Below, piece after piece: positions 39,619 through 50,762 of a stretch of DNA of 64,000 bases. The translations under genes were made by a program, and so were the position numbers. The stretch comes from Kondoa subrosea (lineage: Eukaryota). The stretch is taken from NCBI GenBank assembly GCA_039545335.1, contig BCIN01000001.1, positions 1,100,604-1,164,603 of the forward strand, written 5' to 3'. Position 1 is the first letter of the stretch. Every line of letters starts with the position of its first letter. The notes beneath the pieces are model-generated. The model was not told the origin of the DNA. It made no database searches and saw only the letters and a program-made list of their open reading frames with translations.

Positions 39619-41655
39619 ATGGTTCGTTTGACGCTCTCAGCAAGCAGAGGCAACCATGCTCGAACCTTTCCTCACTCTGGATTTCTTGGTCTGACGCCTG
39701 TTTCGGTGCAAGGGACTTTGAGGCTGGAAGTCGAAGAGGATAATCTACTACTGGATGCTTCATCTATAGAAGTTCGCATTCGCTGCTACGAATCAGAGGC
39801 TCGCTCTGCTGCACCTGGATCCAAACCCAGCTCGGTGCGAACATTATATGAAGTCTCCGAAACTTTATGGAATGTATCACAAGAAGAGCAGGGCGCTAGA
39901 AGATTATGGGCACCTGTAGGAACATTCAAGAAGGATTGGAGGCTGGTTATACCAAAAGATGCTCATCTCAATGGTGCATTGAGTTCAATGTCATTCAAGA
40001 GTTGGAAAGTTTGGTGGGCTGTTGAAGGCAGTAAGCTCACTCTTCACACTTCCAATCTTACACTGGAGCTCATTCTATCGTACCAGTCGTCTATCACAAA
40101 CCTGCTGGCATGTTTGGCAACCGTTTGCTCAAGTCGTTCCCCGTCAACCTGGTCTTACACAATCCGCCAGAAGATTCTGGAGCAGTCCTCTGGCAACGGT
40201 ACTCTTCTACTCTCGATCTCCAATGCACTGCAACAGTCGAAAAGAGCACTTTAGCTCCTTCCGAAGACTTCTCTTTGCGACTCAATCTATCTAGCTCGAA
40301 CGGCGGAGCGATACGAGTGAAGAAAACAATAGTTGAAGTCCGTCGAGAACTGTGCGCTCAACCTTCGTCAGTCGATTCTTCACCTCGCACACCGCCAGAA
40401 GACCAGCAAACTTTAGCTACTCCCGACTATTTCCCATCTCTTTATCCTCCACCTCAAATAACAACGCCTTCCTACGAATCTGATACATCGTCTGCAAGAG
40501 GCCTTCGTCTCACCAACGCTTTCGATTCCAAACCTACTCCTTCCACATCAAGAACGAAAACACCCAGTCCAACCAAGACTGAATTTTCGTACTTCTCAAT
40601 TGAAGTCCCTCCTGCATCTGCACAAATAGTCAAAGTCAAGACTGAAGAAACTATTCTGCTCTCCCTGACCAAATCAGAAGAGTTTGATTTGCGAGAAGGC
40701 TGGCAAGGCGTTTTTAGCGGCAAAGTACCAAAAGCCAATTCACTCCATCGATACGCTCTTGGTGAAACTTGCAATACTGGTAATATGTATATTCTGTGCT
40801 TTGTTACAGTCAAGGTATGTCGACCTCTCAAATTTATCGTTCATAAATCTGATATTGTATCGTTAGATCTTCTGCAAAACAAGTAGAGGCTCTTGCGTAG
40901 TAGATCTACCTCCACAAGAAGTGACTCTGATTTCTCTCTCTTCAGCCGACCGGGTAGCAGCTATGGAGAAATCTGAAAGGGTTCTGATATATCAGGCAGC
41001 GGAAGAAAAGGCCTTCAAATCTGGTAGAATGGCTAGGGGATCTTTAGGCGAAGATCTGGAAGAAATTGAACCGGCAAGCCATGCAACACTGAGCAAACGA
41101 AGGCAATCAGCCAGTGCAGCTCTCACGTGCCGCAATGACTTTGGTTTGGTACCAGTCAAAAGAGATTCGTCTGCTTCTGCTGTCTTGATACCTCGAAGAG
41201 CATCAAACATTCATTTCCCGGACAGCGATGTTTCGACCGATGAAGAGCGAGTTTCAGCTCACAATTTTCTATTGGAGGGACGGAAGTCGAGTATCGCTTC
41301 TCTTCTGACCACTACCTCAGCCACATCGCTTCGATCGAAACCCAATCGAAATTCTGTCGATTCCATTGGTCCTGCTCCAAGTGAACATTCGCCTACAATC
41401 AATTTCTCTAATTTCTCTCTTGCTTCTTCGACATCTTCTTCCACTCCATCACCTTTCGACAAACCTTCCAGACGAAGTAGGAAAGAAATCAGTCCGAAGG
41501 AAGTACCTCGGCTCTCTCGCAAAGAAACAGCTCCTCCCTTCTTTACAGACGCAATGTCGTTGGATCCAAATCGAGTCCCTTCTTTTCATGTCAATGTCAA
41601 GCCTGGAATGGCAGATTCACTGCTGGGTCGAAGAAGAAAGTCAATGTTTTCATAG
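39619..41655 (+). CDS. Conserved hypothetical protein, arrestin-like fold suspected
   Basis: Three long spliced ORFs. N-terminal beta-rich segment (VQGTLRL..IEVRIRCYE..W) and Ser-rich tail. Confidence 0.6.
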
Positions 41656-41869
41656 TCTCTGTATTTATTAAGCGAACAGGAAGATGTACTATTTAAGATT
41701 ATTTGTAGCAAAGATTCGCACAATCAATATTGTATTGCATTCAGACTTGTTCTCTCCGACTTGAAGCATCATAACACTCATCACGGTGGCGATTTCTTGC
41801 AAATTAATACGTATCTACTTTTTGACTTGTTCACGACAACCGGCCTTCCTCTGCGAGCACTGCTATTAA

Positions 41870-41965
41870 GGCGCTCTTCACTGCTGCGTCTTTCCTCAAG
41901 CAATCACCACGTTGTCAGACAAGCTCATCGAAATTTTCTGCTTCAACCGCTTAGAGCCTCCGTAA
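41870..41965 (+). promoter_or_regulatory. Candidate non-AUG upstream conserved coding region (uCC) of ODC
   Basis: AUG-free leader of ~550 nt. One frame ends ..IEIFCFNRLEPP* and has near-cognate codons ATC 41903, ACG 41909 and TTG 41912. Confidence 0.55.
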
Positions 41966-42250
41966 CACGACTTTCGCTTTCTGCTGAATACTACACACGC
42001 CTAGCAGTACTTTTTCTTGCTTGCTCTTTCCCCCTTTCCAGTCTTTACGACCTCAATTTCCTCTGGTTAAGGTCCAGAGGACTATCTGCCGCATAATCAG
42101 TCTTCAGCAGTCGGCCTCCAAAGGGGCTGCCTGCTTACCCAACTTTGTTTGGATATAGTCAAGACACATTCATCTTCAATTCACACAAGCAAATAAGCTT
42201 CGTCTACCAAAAGGGACGAAACACAAGACCCAATTGAGGAAAGCAAGAGA

Positions 42251-43927
42251 ATGAACAAAACCTTTACAACTTGCGATATTATTGATCCAGCCCTTGTAGC
42301 TGCAAAGAACAAGTCTCAATATCATCGACTCAATTTATCAGTCCGACCTGAAGAATGTGTGCAAGCAATTACAAGCACTACTAAACCTCCTACAGTCCCT
42401 TCTTCACCTACCTTCGCTACTCTACCACGTCTAGCTCACGCTCGTTCTACTTCTTTACCACACATTAAAAAGATTCGACAACCTTTGCCAGTTCCACCTT
42501 TACCTGATATCGTTTACAATGGATCAATAACCAATGTTATGGCTGAACAGCTTTCCGATATTGATCTAGAAGATTGCGAAGCTAACGGAGAAAATGCTTT
42601 CTTCGTTTGCGACTTGGCGGAAATTTATCGCTCTCATTTGTTCTGGCAAAAGGAGATGGCAGTAGTGTCAGAATCATCCACTGAAATTACTGCATTCTAT
42701 GGTTAGTGATGTATCAACCACATACATATATGTAGCTGAATAATCTGCTCACAGCCGTCAAGTGCAACCCTGATCCGACTGTCGTTCGATTGCTGGGTGC
42801 ATTGGGCCTGGGATTCGACTGCGCTTCACAAGCAGAGATTGAACTCGTCTTATCCCTCGGCATCTCTCCTTCTCGAATCATCTATGCCAATCCATGCAAA
42901 GCAGCTTCATTCATCCGTCACGCAGCAGCTTGCAACGTTCGTCTAATGACTTTCGACAACTTTGACGAGCTCAACAAAGTAGCTCGCTACCATCCTTCAG
43001 CTCAACTGGTTCTTCGAATCTTGGCAGACGATGAAGGTTCTTTGTGTCGCTTTGGAGCTAAATTTGGAGCAGCGGCGGAAATCGTTCCTGGTTTACTCAA
43101 GAAAGCTAAAGAGTTGAACTTGGAAGTCGTTGGCGTCTCGTTTCACGTGGGAAGCGGTTGCACCAATCCGTTGTTATATGAGAAAGCAATTGCTCAAGCG
43201 AAATGGGCATTTGAGTTGGCGGAGCAAGAAGGATTTAAGATGACTCTATTGGATATTGGTGGTGGATTTGAAGCAATTACTTTCAAGAGTATCGCTCAAG
43301 TGGTTAGGAGAGCTGTCGATACCTATTTCCCCAAAGAAAGTGGAGTCAAGATCATTGCTGAACCTGGACGATTCTTTGTCAGCGAAGCTTTCGAGTTGGC
43401 TACCAATATCATTGCTCGAAGAGGATTGGCTGAAGAGGAGGAGATTCCAGCCAAAGCTATGATTGAAGGAGAAGAAATGCCGATGGTTATGTGTAAGTTC
43501 AGACTACTTTGTTTACCTGAACACTTCTGAAGGCTTGTGCTCCCGTCCTACAGACTATGTGAACGATGGCGTTTATGGCGCATTCAATTGTATTCTCTTC
43601 GACCATCAAGTAGTACATCCCGAAATCCTCACTCTCGGTCATACTCTTTCGCTGTCTTCGTCTCGCAACGAGTCATGGGAGCCATCTTCCATTTGGGGAC
43701 CAACCTGCGATTCCATCGATCTCGTCTCCAAGTGTTCCACACTGCCGACCGATCAACTACAGATTGGCGACTGGCTTCGATGGCCAACAATGGGAGCATA
43801 CACGATATGCGCTGCAAGTCAATTCAATGGATTCAGAAAGAGTTTGGTCTACTATACTATAGATGCAAAGGGCGATAACGAAGTTGGTGGTCTGTTGTTT
43901 GATCTCCTTCAATTGCATTCGGCATAG
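42251..43927 (+). CDS. SPE1: Ornithine decarboxylase
   Basis: AFFVCDL, FY|AVKCNP (PLP lysine), GFDCAS..EI, IIYANPCK, SFHVGSG, LDIGGGF, IIAEPGRF, YVNDGVYG.FNC, WGPTCDSID, GAYT. Confidence 0.97.
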
Positions 43928-44372
43928 AATTTGTTTTTGTACAAAGGCCGAATTAGACGAATCAAAAAAGCTCAATGTATAGGGCAGCAAAGCGGTCAAA
44001 ATGTAATTAGTCAAAGAGCAGCATCTTATAAATGCATACATTCACAAACGTTGATCTACTTTACAAACTTGACTTGCGACAGGTATTCATCATTCTCTTC
44101 TGTTTCCTTAGAAGTGAGTCGTGACTGTATGAAGAAAGACATAGAAAGACATCAGTCCCAACGATGGTAGGGACGGTTCTAGCCAGCAAACACAAAAGAA
44201 ATATACATTGGAATGAGTGCGCAGGTGAAAATGAGTGCGCGTCGAAATATACTTGTGGATCATGCAAGGATTGTAGTGTGTCCAAGTGCTCTCATGTCTA
44301 TTCATCAATTTAGTAAAGCCTCTAAGACCGGAAAGGGCGCTACTCACTGAAATCCTCGTCCTTAATTCCGAA

Positions 44373-44521
44373 AAGGAACACGCCAGTCAAGAGAGAGCTT
44401 GACTAGCAAGTCTCTAAAGACAGAAGACAATCCTCAATTGCATGCCAGTCACACCGAGATCCCGAGGGAAGCAGTACCAAGACATGCAATTGAGGGATTT
44501 GTCAGTCCTAGCGTGTTCCTT
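44373..44521 (+). ncRNA. Candidate structured RNA unit 1
   Basis: 11-bp closing helix AAGGAACACGC/GCGTGTTCCTT, hairpin A at 44392-44415, and 13-bp perfect stem CCTCAATTGCATG/CATGCAATTGAGG around CCGAGATCCCGAGGGAA. Confidence 0.6.
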
Positions 44522-44525
44522 GCCC

Positions 44526-44675
44526 CATCTAAATGCAGTCTATGTGCCGGTCTGAAGAAAGCTTGACTAACAAGTCTCTTTTCGACGTATAAATGAACTT
44601 CTGATACCACAACAGCCACGCCGAGAACCCGAGGGAACAGGTAGCACTATTGTGGTATCAGAAGTGATATAGATG
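44526..44675 (+). ncRNA. Candidate structured RNA unit 2
   Basis: Motif A at 44557-44579, 16-bp perfect stem 44597-44612/44650-44665 around CCGAGAACCCGAGGGAA, and closing helix CATCTA/TAGATG. Confidence 0.6.
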
Positions 44676-45760
44676 CGAAGGTATCTTGACTACAGTAAGT
44701 CAAAGGGAGATTGAGCTGTATGAGGAAAAGGAAAGGAAAGGTGAAAAGCTGGGTTTTGTTTGGTTCCAAGGCTCGCCACTGCGGAGACGGACGCTTCTTC
44801 AATCCAGCCATCTTTTGATGAGTTGCTTTGCTTGAAGGCAATTGCAGGCCATGAGAGAGAAATCAGATGCATGACAATCGCTGTGTGAATTCTTTGCGAT
44901 CCAAAGCCTTCATTCGTGAGTGCTATATGCTATCCACGCGCTTCTCGAATATACAGTGTCGAAAAGGAGTCATGAAAGGCTTTGCAAGCTAGTCTAGATT
45001 CTGATGCTCGTCGTTGAATAATATTGCTCAGCCAGCCCAATTGCACCCAGTAGTGTGTAGCCAAGCATCGTATGACAGTGATAAATAGGTGCAGAAGCCA
45101 GTGAAGCGATGCCGGAACTCCCTTTCAGCCAATTTCCATAAAACGATACTCATAGTCATGCGCAGGCGTGAAATACTGCAGAGTAGCACTCCTTGCGGTG
45201 GTATAGAGCAGCCGACAGGGTATACAGACACAGCAGGCCTACCGAAGTTCGGTTTCCACAAAGTCGCAGTCTGGAGTCAAGCAAGTCAAGGCATTACTAT
45301 TCAGATACATTTCGCCTCTTCGGACTAGTACACGGCTACGATGTTACATCAAGACCGCCTCTGTCACCTCTTGCATCCATATTCTCCGGTATCCATCTCA
45401 CCTGACTTCCTGCAGCACTCCAGAATTCCAGAATCGAAAGTTTGACAGCAAGGTCTTAGGCTGCCATTCAGAAGTAGTAGCTTTCTGATGTCAGAGAGAG
45501 ACTTCAATAGCTGACCTGTTAGTCTTGAAGAGTTTCGTAGAGGGAGGAATAGAAGATACAATCCTCCAGCCCTTGGACTGCTTGATGTGGACGACCGAGA
45601 TACAAGTCAGAAGAGAGGTAGAAGAAATGCAAGACACAGTGCGGAAGAACTGATAGCAGAGACACAGAAGGTCAGTTCGAAAAGCCAAACAGTGAGAGGT
45701 AAGGACCAAGAGAAGCATGAAAAGGCCACAAGGCAGTGATGCATATGAGATACAATCCAA

Positions 45761-48394
45761 TCAACGACTGCGAGTGGATCCTTTGCCTCTCTTCCCAGCG
45801 AACTGCACGAGAAATGTCAGATGTGTTAATAAATGAATAAAACCACGCACAAGCCACTTCGGCATCTTTGTCTTGATCTGTCTATCGGATTCGGAAGCCT
45901 TGGCAAGTCTGTTAGGTTCACGCTGCGCAAAGCGATGTATCTTGACAGCTTTCTTGAGTTGCTGTTAGCGAAAACATGCAGATTAGTGTTGATCAGACAT
46001 AAGAAGGTTGTACTGACCTCTTCATCACGTAGACCAGCCATGTTGCGATCACTCTTTGGTAACCGACCAGCTTTGAGGGCAACAGCTTGACCAGTAATGC
46101 CTTTGGCCTTCTTGTTGGATCTGCCAGAAGTTGCAGCTTCATCGACATCCATGCCCTCTACAGCATCCTCATCGACCCAGCCAAAGCCTTCAGCAGTCTC
46201 ATCCGCATCCACTTCCATATCATCAGCATTACGTTTCCTCTTTCCAGCAGCTTTCGATAAAGTTCTTGCTTGAGCGACCATTGCTGCTCTTGCTTCGATA
46301 TTCGATGGATCATATCCTGCTCTTCGCATATCTTCAGTCATTGTAGATACTTTGCGATTTTGATTCTTTCGGGGAATAGGTGCCAAATTTCTCATCATAT
46401 CTTTCCTGGTATGATTATTGAGACGGATCGTATCCCTGCGAAGTCGAATAGCAGCGGCAGTCTCCCTAATGGCTTCATCTGCTGAATCAGCTTCTTCGCC
46501 ATCGTCAGAGTCGTAGAAGCCATCAGCATCGAGTTGGATTTCTTCCTTTTCGAGTTCGTCCAGACGAGCAAGAATGTCGGCATCAATGAAATCAGCTACG
46601 TTCTTGCCATTGGCCAGTTCAGGTAAGATATCATGCTTCCAGTCATCATTCGCAAGAAGGTAAGTTTCTGTGCAAAAATACAGCAAGGATTAGCCAAGAC
46701 TCAGTGGATTGAGAACAAGACGCACTTTTGAGATCTGATGAGTATACACCGGCGCCTCCATTCTCAGCTTCCAGATCTTTCTCCAACCGTCTGCGCATAG
46801 GATCTTCAGGATCATACTTCTTCCTTTCCGCAACTCCAGCAGGAATATGAGCAGTTCGAACTACATCATCTCTCGCGGTAGGCGTAGCAACTCTGAGCCT
46901 GTTGACAACATTATCGACTCGTTTGGTCTTCTCCTTTGTTTCGACTCGATGAGCGAGTAAAGCATCGCAAGCTGCATTTCTGACATCCATTACACCTTCT
47001 TCGGAAACGCATGAGAGTTGTAAAAGATTAACATTTTCATCTTCGAGTATGCTGTCGAGGAGAGCTTTGTTGCCTGCATCGAGATCTTCAGGTCGCATCA
47101 CATCGATCTTGTTGACGACAATGAAGGTAGGTTTATTGGCAAAGAGAGGTTTGATGGATTCGTACAGCTTGCACTGTCGGTACCCACGATCACATATCAG
47201 ATATGGCCTGAATGTAATCTGAGGTGACCAACCTGAGCTTCCACAGTGTAACCACATTGTTCACTCAAGTCCATGAAGTACATCACACAACTTCTCAAAT
47301 GAGCCAAAGCAGTAATACTTTGCATTTCGATGGTGTTCATTTCATCTAAAGGGTGATCGAGCACACCAGGAGTGTCGATGACTTGCCACCGAAGGTACTT
47401 GTAGTCCATATGACCCACGAAAAGAGATTTGGTTGTGAATGCGTAAGGTTGGACATCAACATCTGCTCGTGTAACCTTGTTGACGAAGGACGATTTGCCG
47501 ACGTTCGGATAGCCGCAGATAAGGAGAGTACGGGTGGTAGGATCGATAGCTGGCAGACGAGACATGTGTTGTCTCACTTGTTCGAGATAGGCTAAAGGGT
47601 CTTTCTGACGCTTCATGATCGTAGCCATTCGGCCAAGTGCAGCTTTTTTGAGCATCTTACAGCGGTATAGCGAATCGCCGAACTTGAGAAGTCGGGCGTA
47701 GTCTTTGCCGACCTGGAATCACTTTAGAGTCGAGTTTTGAGAAAACTAAAAACAGCTTACTGCGTCAACAAGATGTCTCGCTGTATTCAGTTGCCCTAGA
47801 GCCAGCTTGTAGTGCTGTAATAACTTATAAGCACATATTGAGTGAGGTTGAATCGCTAACTTACATTTTTGTCGTACAAGACATTGAGAAGTGAAGCGAG
47901 GAAAGGATGTAGATTCTATTGGAAGGATCAGCCAGGACGATTGACGGAAGCATGAGGGACATACATCCAAGACGGGGAACTCTGTTAGGATCTTGTCTAA
48001 TCGTTCGTGGAAAGCATCTTGCGCCCATTTGACTTTTCGCATGTAGAATGACCTGTTGCCATGTGAGCCTTTGCATCCAGTCGAGCAATACCACTGACCT
48101 GATTCTAGAGATCTTGAAACCTTTGTGAATTCTGAGCAATCACTCAGTCGCAGGTCGCAAAATGCAGTCCAGCCTAACATACTGTGTAGGCGTTTTCCGC
48201 TACAAGATTTGCAGTGTTTAGACATGACCAAGCAAGTTGAAGCAGCTGTCGACTAACCTGAAGCCCAGACAGGACAATATCCAAGAAATCTTCACCTAAG
48301 CAAATGTGCATGAGCAACAATCCAGATTCAACAAGACTAGCGAATCACTTGTCGGAACAGGCGCAATCGCCTTCAAAGCACCACGATTGCTCAT
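45761..48394 (-). CDS. NOG1: Nucleolar GTP-binding protein 1
   Basis: [57 protein letters not shown] domain, C-terminal [11 protein letters not shown]. Confidence 0.97.
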
Positions 48395-48735
48395 TTTGAC
48401 AGGATACTAGCGATGAAGTTGGGCAGAAGGGCTGCAAGTAGAAAAACTTGATTGTACGAAGGATGAGCTAGAGGAGCTGAGCAGATCCGGTATCAACCAA
48501 AGATGAGCCTTGGTATATTGCCTGGACGGTATAGCAGCTCTCTACAACTGACGAACAAGTTCAACCTAGTAAAGTGAAATCTTTGAAAAATCTTTCGCTC
48601 GGCGCGGGCACAATAGATGTGGCGTATTAATGCATACGCTCAATTGGTACATACACACAGCTATTCTACAATACTATACTGAACGCTTGCATCAGATTCA
48701 ATCGCACGGCCTAGAGCAATGAATCTGAGCTTGCT

Positions 48736-50515
48736 TCATGCTATCTTCGCTTTCTTCTTCGGCGACGGAGAAGAAGGTGAAGACGGAGCTGACTTCTTGC
48801 CAAAGAATCCAGTCAAGCTTGTCTGCCCTTTGGCCAACTCTTCCTCTTTTCGCTTCTTCTTCCCCGCTGCTGAATTGGGGTCCTACAGATCACATCAGCT
48901 TTGCAATGGCTGCAGTACGGAGACACACACAATGACACCAATTTCCAGTCCTTTGTCCATGAACTCTTGAACTAAGATCATATGCAGATGAGTTACAATA
49001 CTTGTATAGATCATGAGAACTTACATAGCTCAAGCTTGATTATTCCACCAGTCGCTTCATTATGACCACTAGCAAAGTCGTGTCCTACTCTTTCAAGGAA
49101 CGTAGTTGATGCAGATGCTGCATATTCTTTCAGCAACGTTCGAAGATTAGGTCTTTCGCCTTCAGGTAATTTGCGGAGTGAGGAGTTGATACGACAAGAG
49201 AAAGAAGTCATATCTGGATCAGGATGATGGCCTGGAAGAGGAGCCGATATTCAGGTTTTGTACTACTCAGGTAATCATGCTCGAAATCACCTTTATTCTC
49301 GACCATGATGCATTCTCTACTCCTCAATCAGAGGTAATCTCGTCAACACAAAAGTAAGACATACATTTTCTTGGACTTGCTCAGCGTTCCAGCCCATCGT
49401 GTAGCAATAACGGGATGCACCTGAAAGCCACTATCGATTCTGAATAAAGCGACACGACCATCTTTACTGAATTGAGGTGCAGTATGAGTACACCTTTCCA
49501 CTTCTTTGTTGACTGCTTCACGACATTCGAGTAATGCGTCGTTATTGAGGATATCGGAAGGTTTCTCCGCTTGATAAATCGCGTCCCAAGCAGATTTCAC
49601 TGCACTTGCATATTAGACACATCAAGTAATTAAGACATATAACGCACCATTGAACTCTGCTGTTCGTCGAGCTGTCAGAGGTTGTCAGCAACTACCTTGG
49701 CGAAAGGGACGAGGGACTTGCGAGCATTGAGCATACTCACAGCATCTCCTAGCGTCTTCTTTCCTTCCCTTTTGGCTGCTTCTCCCAGCGCAATCATTTC
49801 CTTTGTCACTGGCCAACCATTCTTTCCGTCACCAAACTTGATTTCCGATTGACCTAGATCGCCGAATATACCAACAATCGCGGCCCAGTCTGTATCTTCA
49901 GGTACGCTCGGATGTAGAGGGCAGCAAGTAAGATAAGTGAGAAGGGAAGAAGTACAGATAGGTGAAGAATGACAAGCGGTAAGATGGATTGATTCAGCTG
50001 GCCACTCTTCGCATTGATGATGATCGAGAATCAGAGTTGAGATCTTGACATCCTCTCCTACTCCTTCTACATCGTTTGATCTGACTAAAGCTCGTCCTGG
50101 TCGACTGCCTTGATCTAATACTATAAGTCGAGCATGTTTCCTATCCCCAATGTGCTGCTTGAAAAGTGATTCCATGCGAGATCTTTCATGCGCACTCAGA
50201 GAAAATGTAAAGAGACAGAAGAAGAGCGACAAACCTTTCAACGTCGCCAAACATACTTTGGCCTTTACTCAAGAAATGCATATGAAGCATTTCTTCTGGC
50301 AGTCCAAGCAAAACAAGAGTCTTGTACAGCACCAACCCAGCGCTTAATCCGTCAGCATCCTTGTCGGGGCAGATTACAGTCAAATCTCGATCAGCTGCTG
50401 TTTGCTTGATAAACGCTCTAGCAGCTTCTAATTGAGATATAGGAGCAGGCCAATCTTCAAAAGGCTTGACGTTGCATTGATGAATAGGTAGAGGGGCAGC
50501 TTTCTTTGACGCCAT
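48736..50515 (-). CDS. DHH-family phosphoesterase-like protein
   Basis: PDKDADGL, VLDQGSR, ILDHH, GDLG and FASGH..ATGG motifs. Confidence 0.78.
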
Positions 50516-50762
50516 TCGAATCAGGTTTGGCGCGAGATTTGAGCGATTCAAGGCAATCCGCAGCAAGGGAGATCTAGAGAGCAGCAGCTTGGTATCTTAT
50601 AGCAAGGTATTCAGCAACTGCAGGGTGCTCGAATTTGGTATATATGCTCGTTTCAGGCGAACAAGATGGAGATGAAGTCATCGAATATGAAACATGAAAA
50701 GCAAGCAAATAGGTACCAATACATTGCACAACCGCTACTCTAGAGAAGTATACAAGAGGGAA

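Larger units (their letters stand above)
44373..46165. repeat. Copy C of the element (between ODC and NOG1; homology runs into the NOG1 3' end)
   Basis: Reverse-complement alignment to 15681-17378. Confidence 0.92.

Noticed and set aside
17506..44373. Flip-flop mating-type locus between the inverted repeats
   Set aside because: No pheromone, STE3 receptor or homeodomain genes seen, and the repeats are substantially diverged.
44653..44662. TGGTATCAGA resembling a tRNA-Met primer-binding site
   Set aside because: Present in one unit only, as a stem arm. No LTR pair or gag/pol nearby.
44373..44675. Hammerhead, hairpin, twister or HDV ribozyme
   Set aside because: CTGAAGA occurs only in unit 2 with no correctly placed GAAA. 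AGAA/AGTC in unit 1 lacks helix 1 and loop B. Twister and HDV pseudoknots could not be built in all three units.
44373..44675. H/ACA or C/D snoRNA cluster, or CRISPR array
   Set aside because: No consistent H/ACA or C/D boxes. Eukaryotic context with no cas genes, and the variable parts are self-complementary arms rather than spacers.
44760..45260. Protein remnants in the element body (LSYDAW hAT-like; CLKAIAGHEREIRC WD40-like)
   Set aside because: Isolated short resemblances on opposite strands, with stops and indels in all frames of both copies.
45325..45612. Group I intron core (GACTA/TAGTC and CTGACTTG/CAGGTCAG pairings on the minus strand)
   Set aside because: No recognisable P4-P6 elements or host gene, and the intervening hairpin is not kept in copy B.
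44373..45760. Telomerase RNA (length, three-way junction, and a 4-bp stem with 5-nt YUNGU loop on the minus strand recalling P6.1)
   Set aside because: No CCCTAA-type template on either strand, multiple tandem junction units, and G-T pairs favour the other strand.
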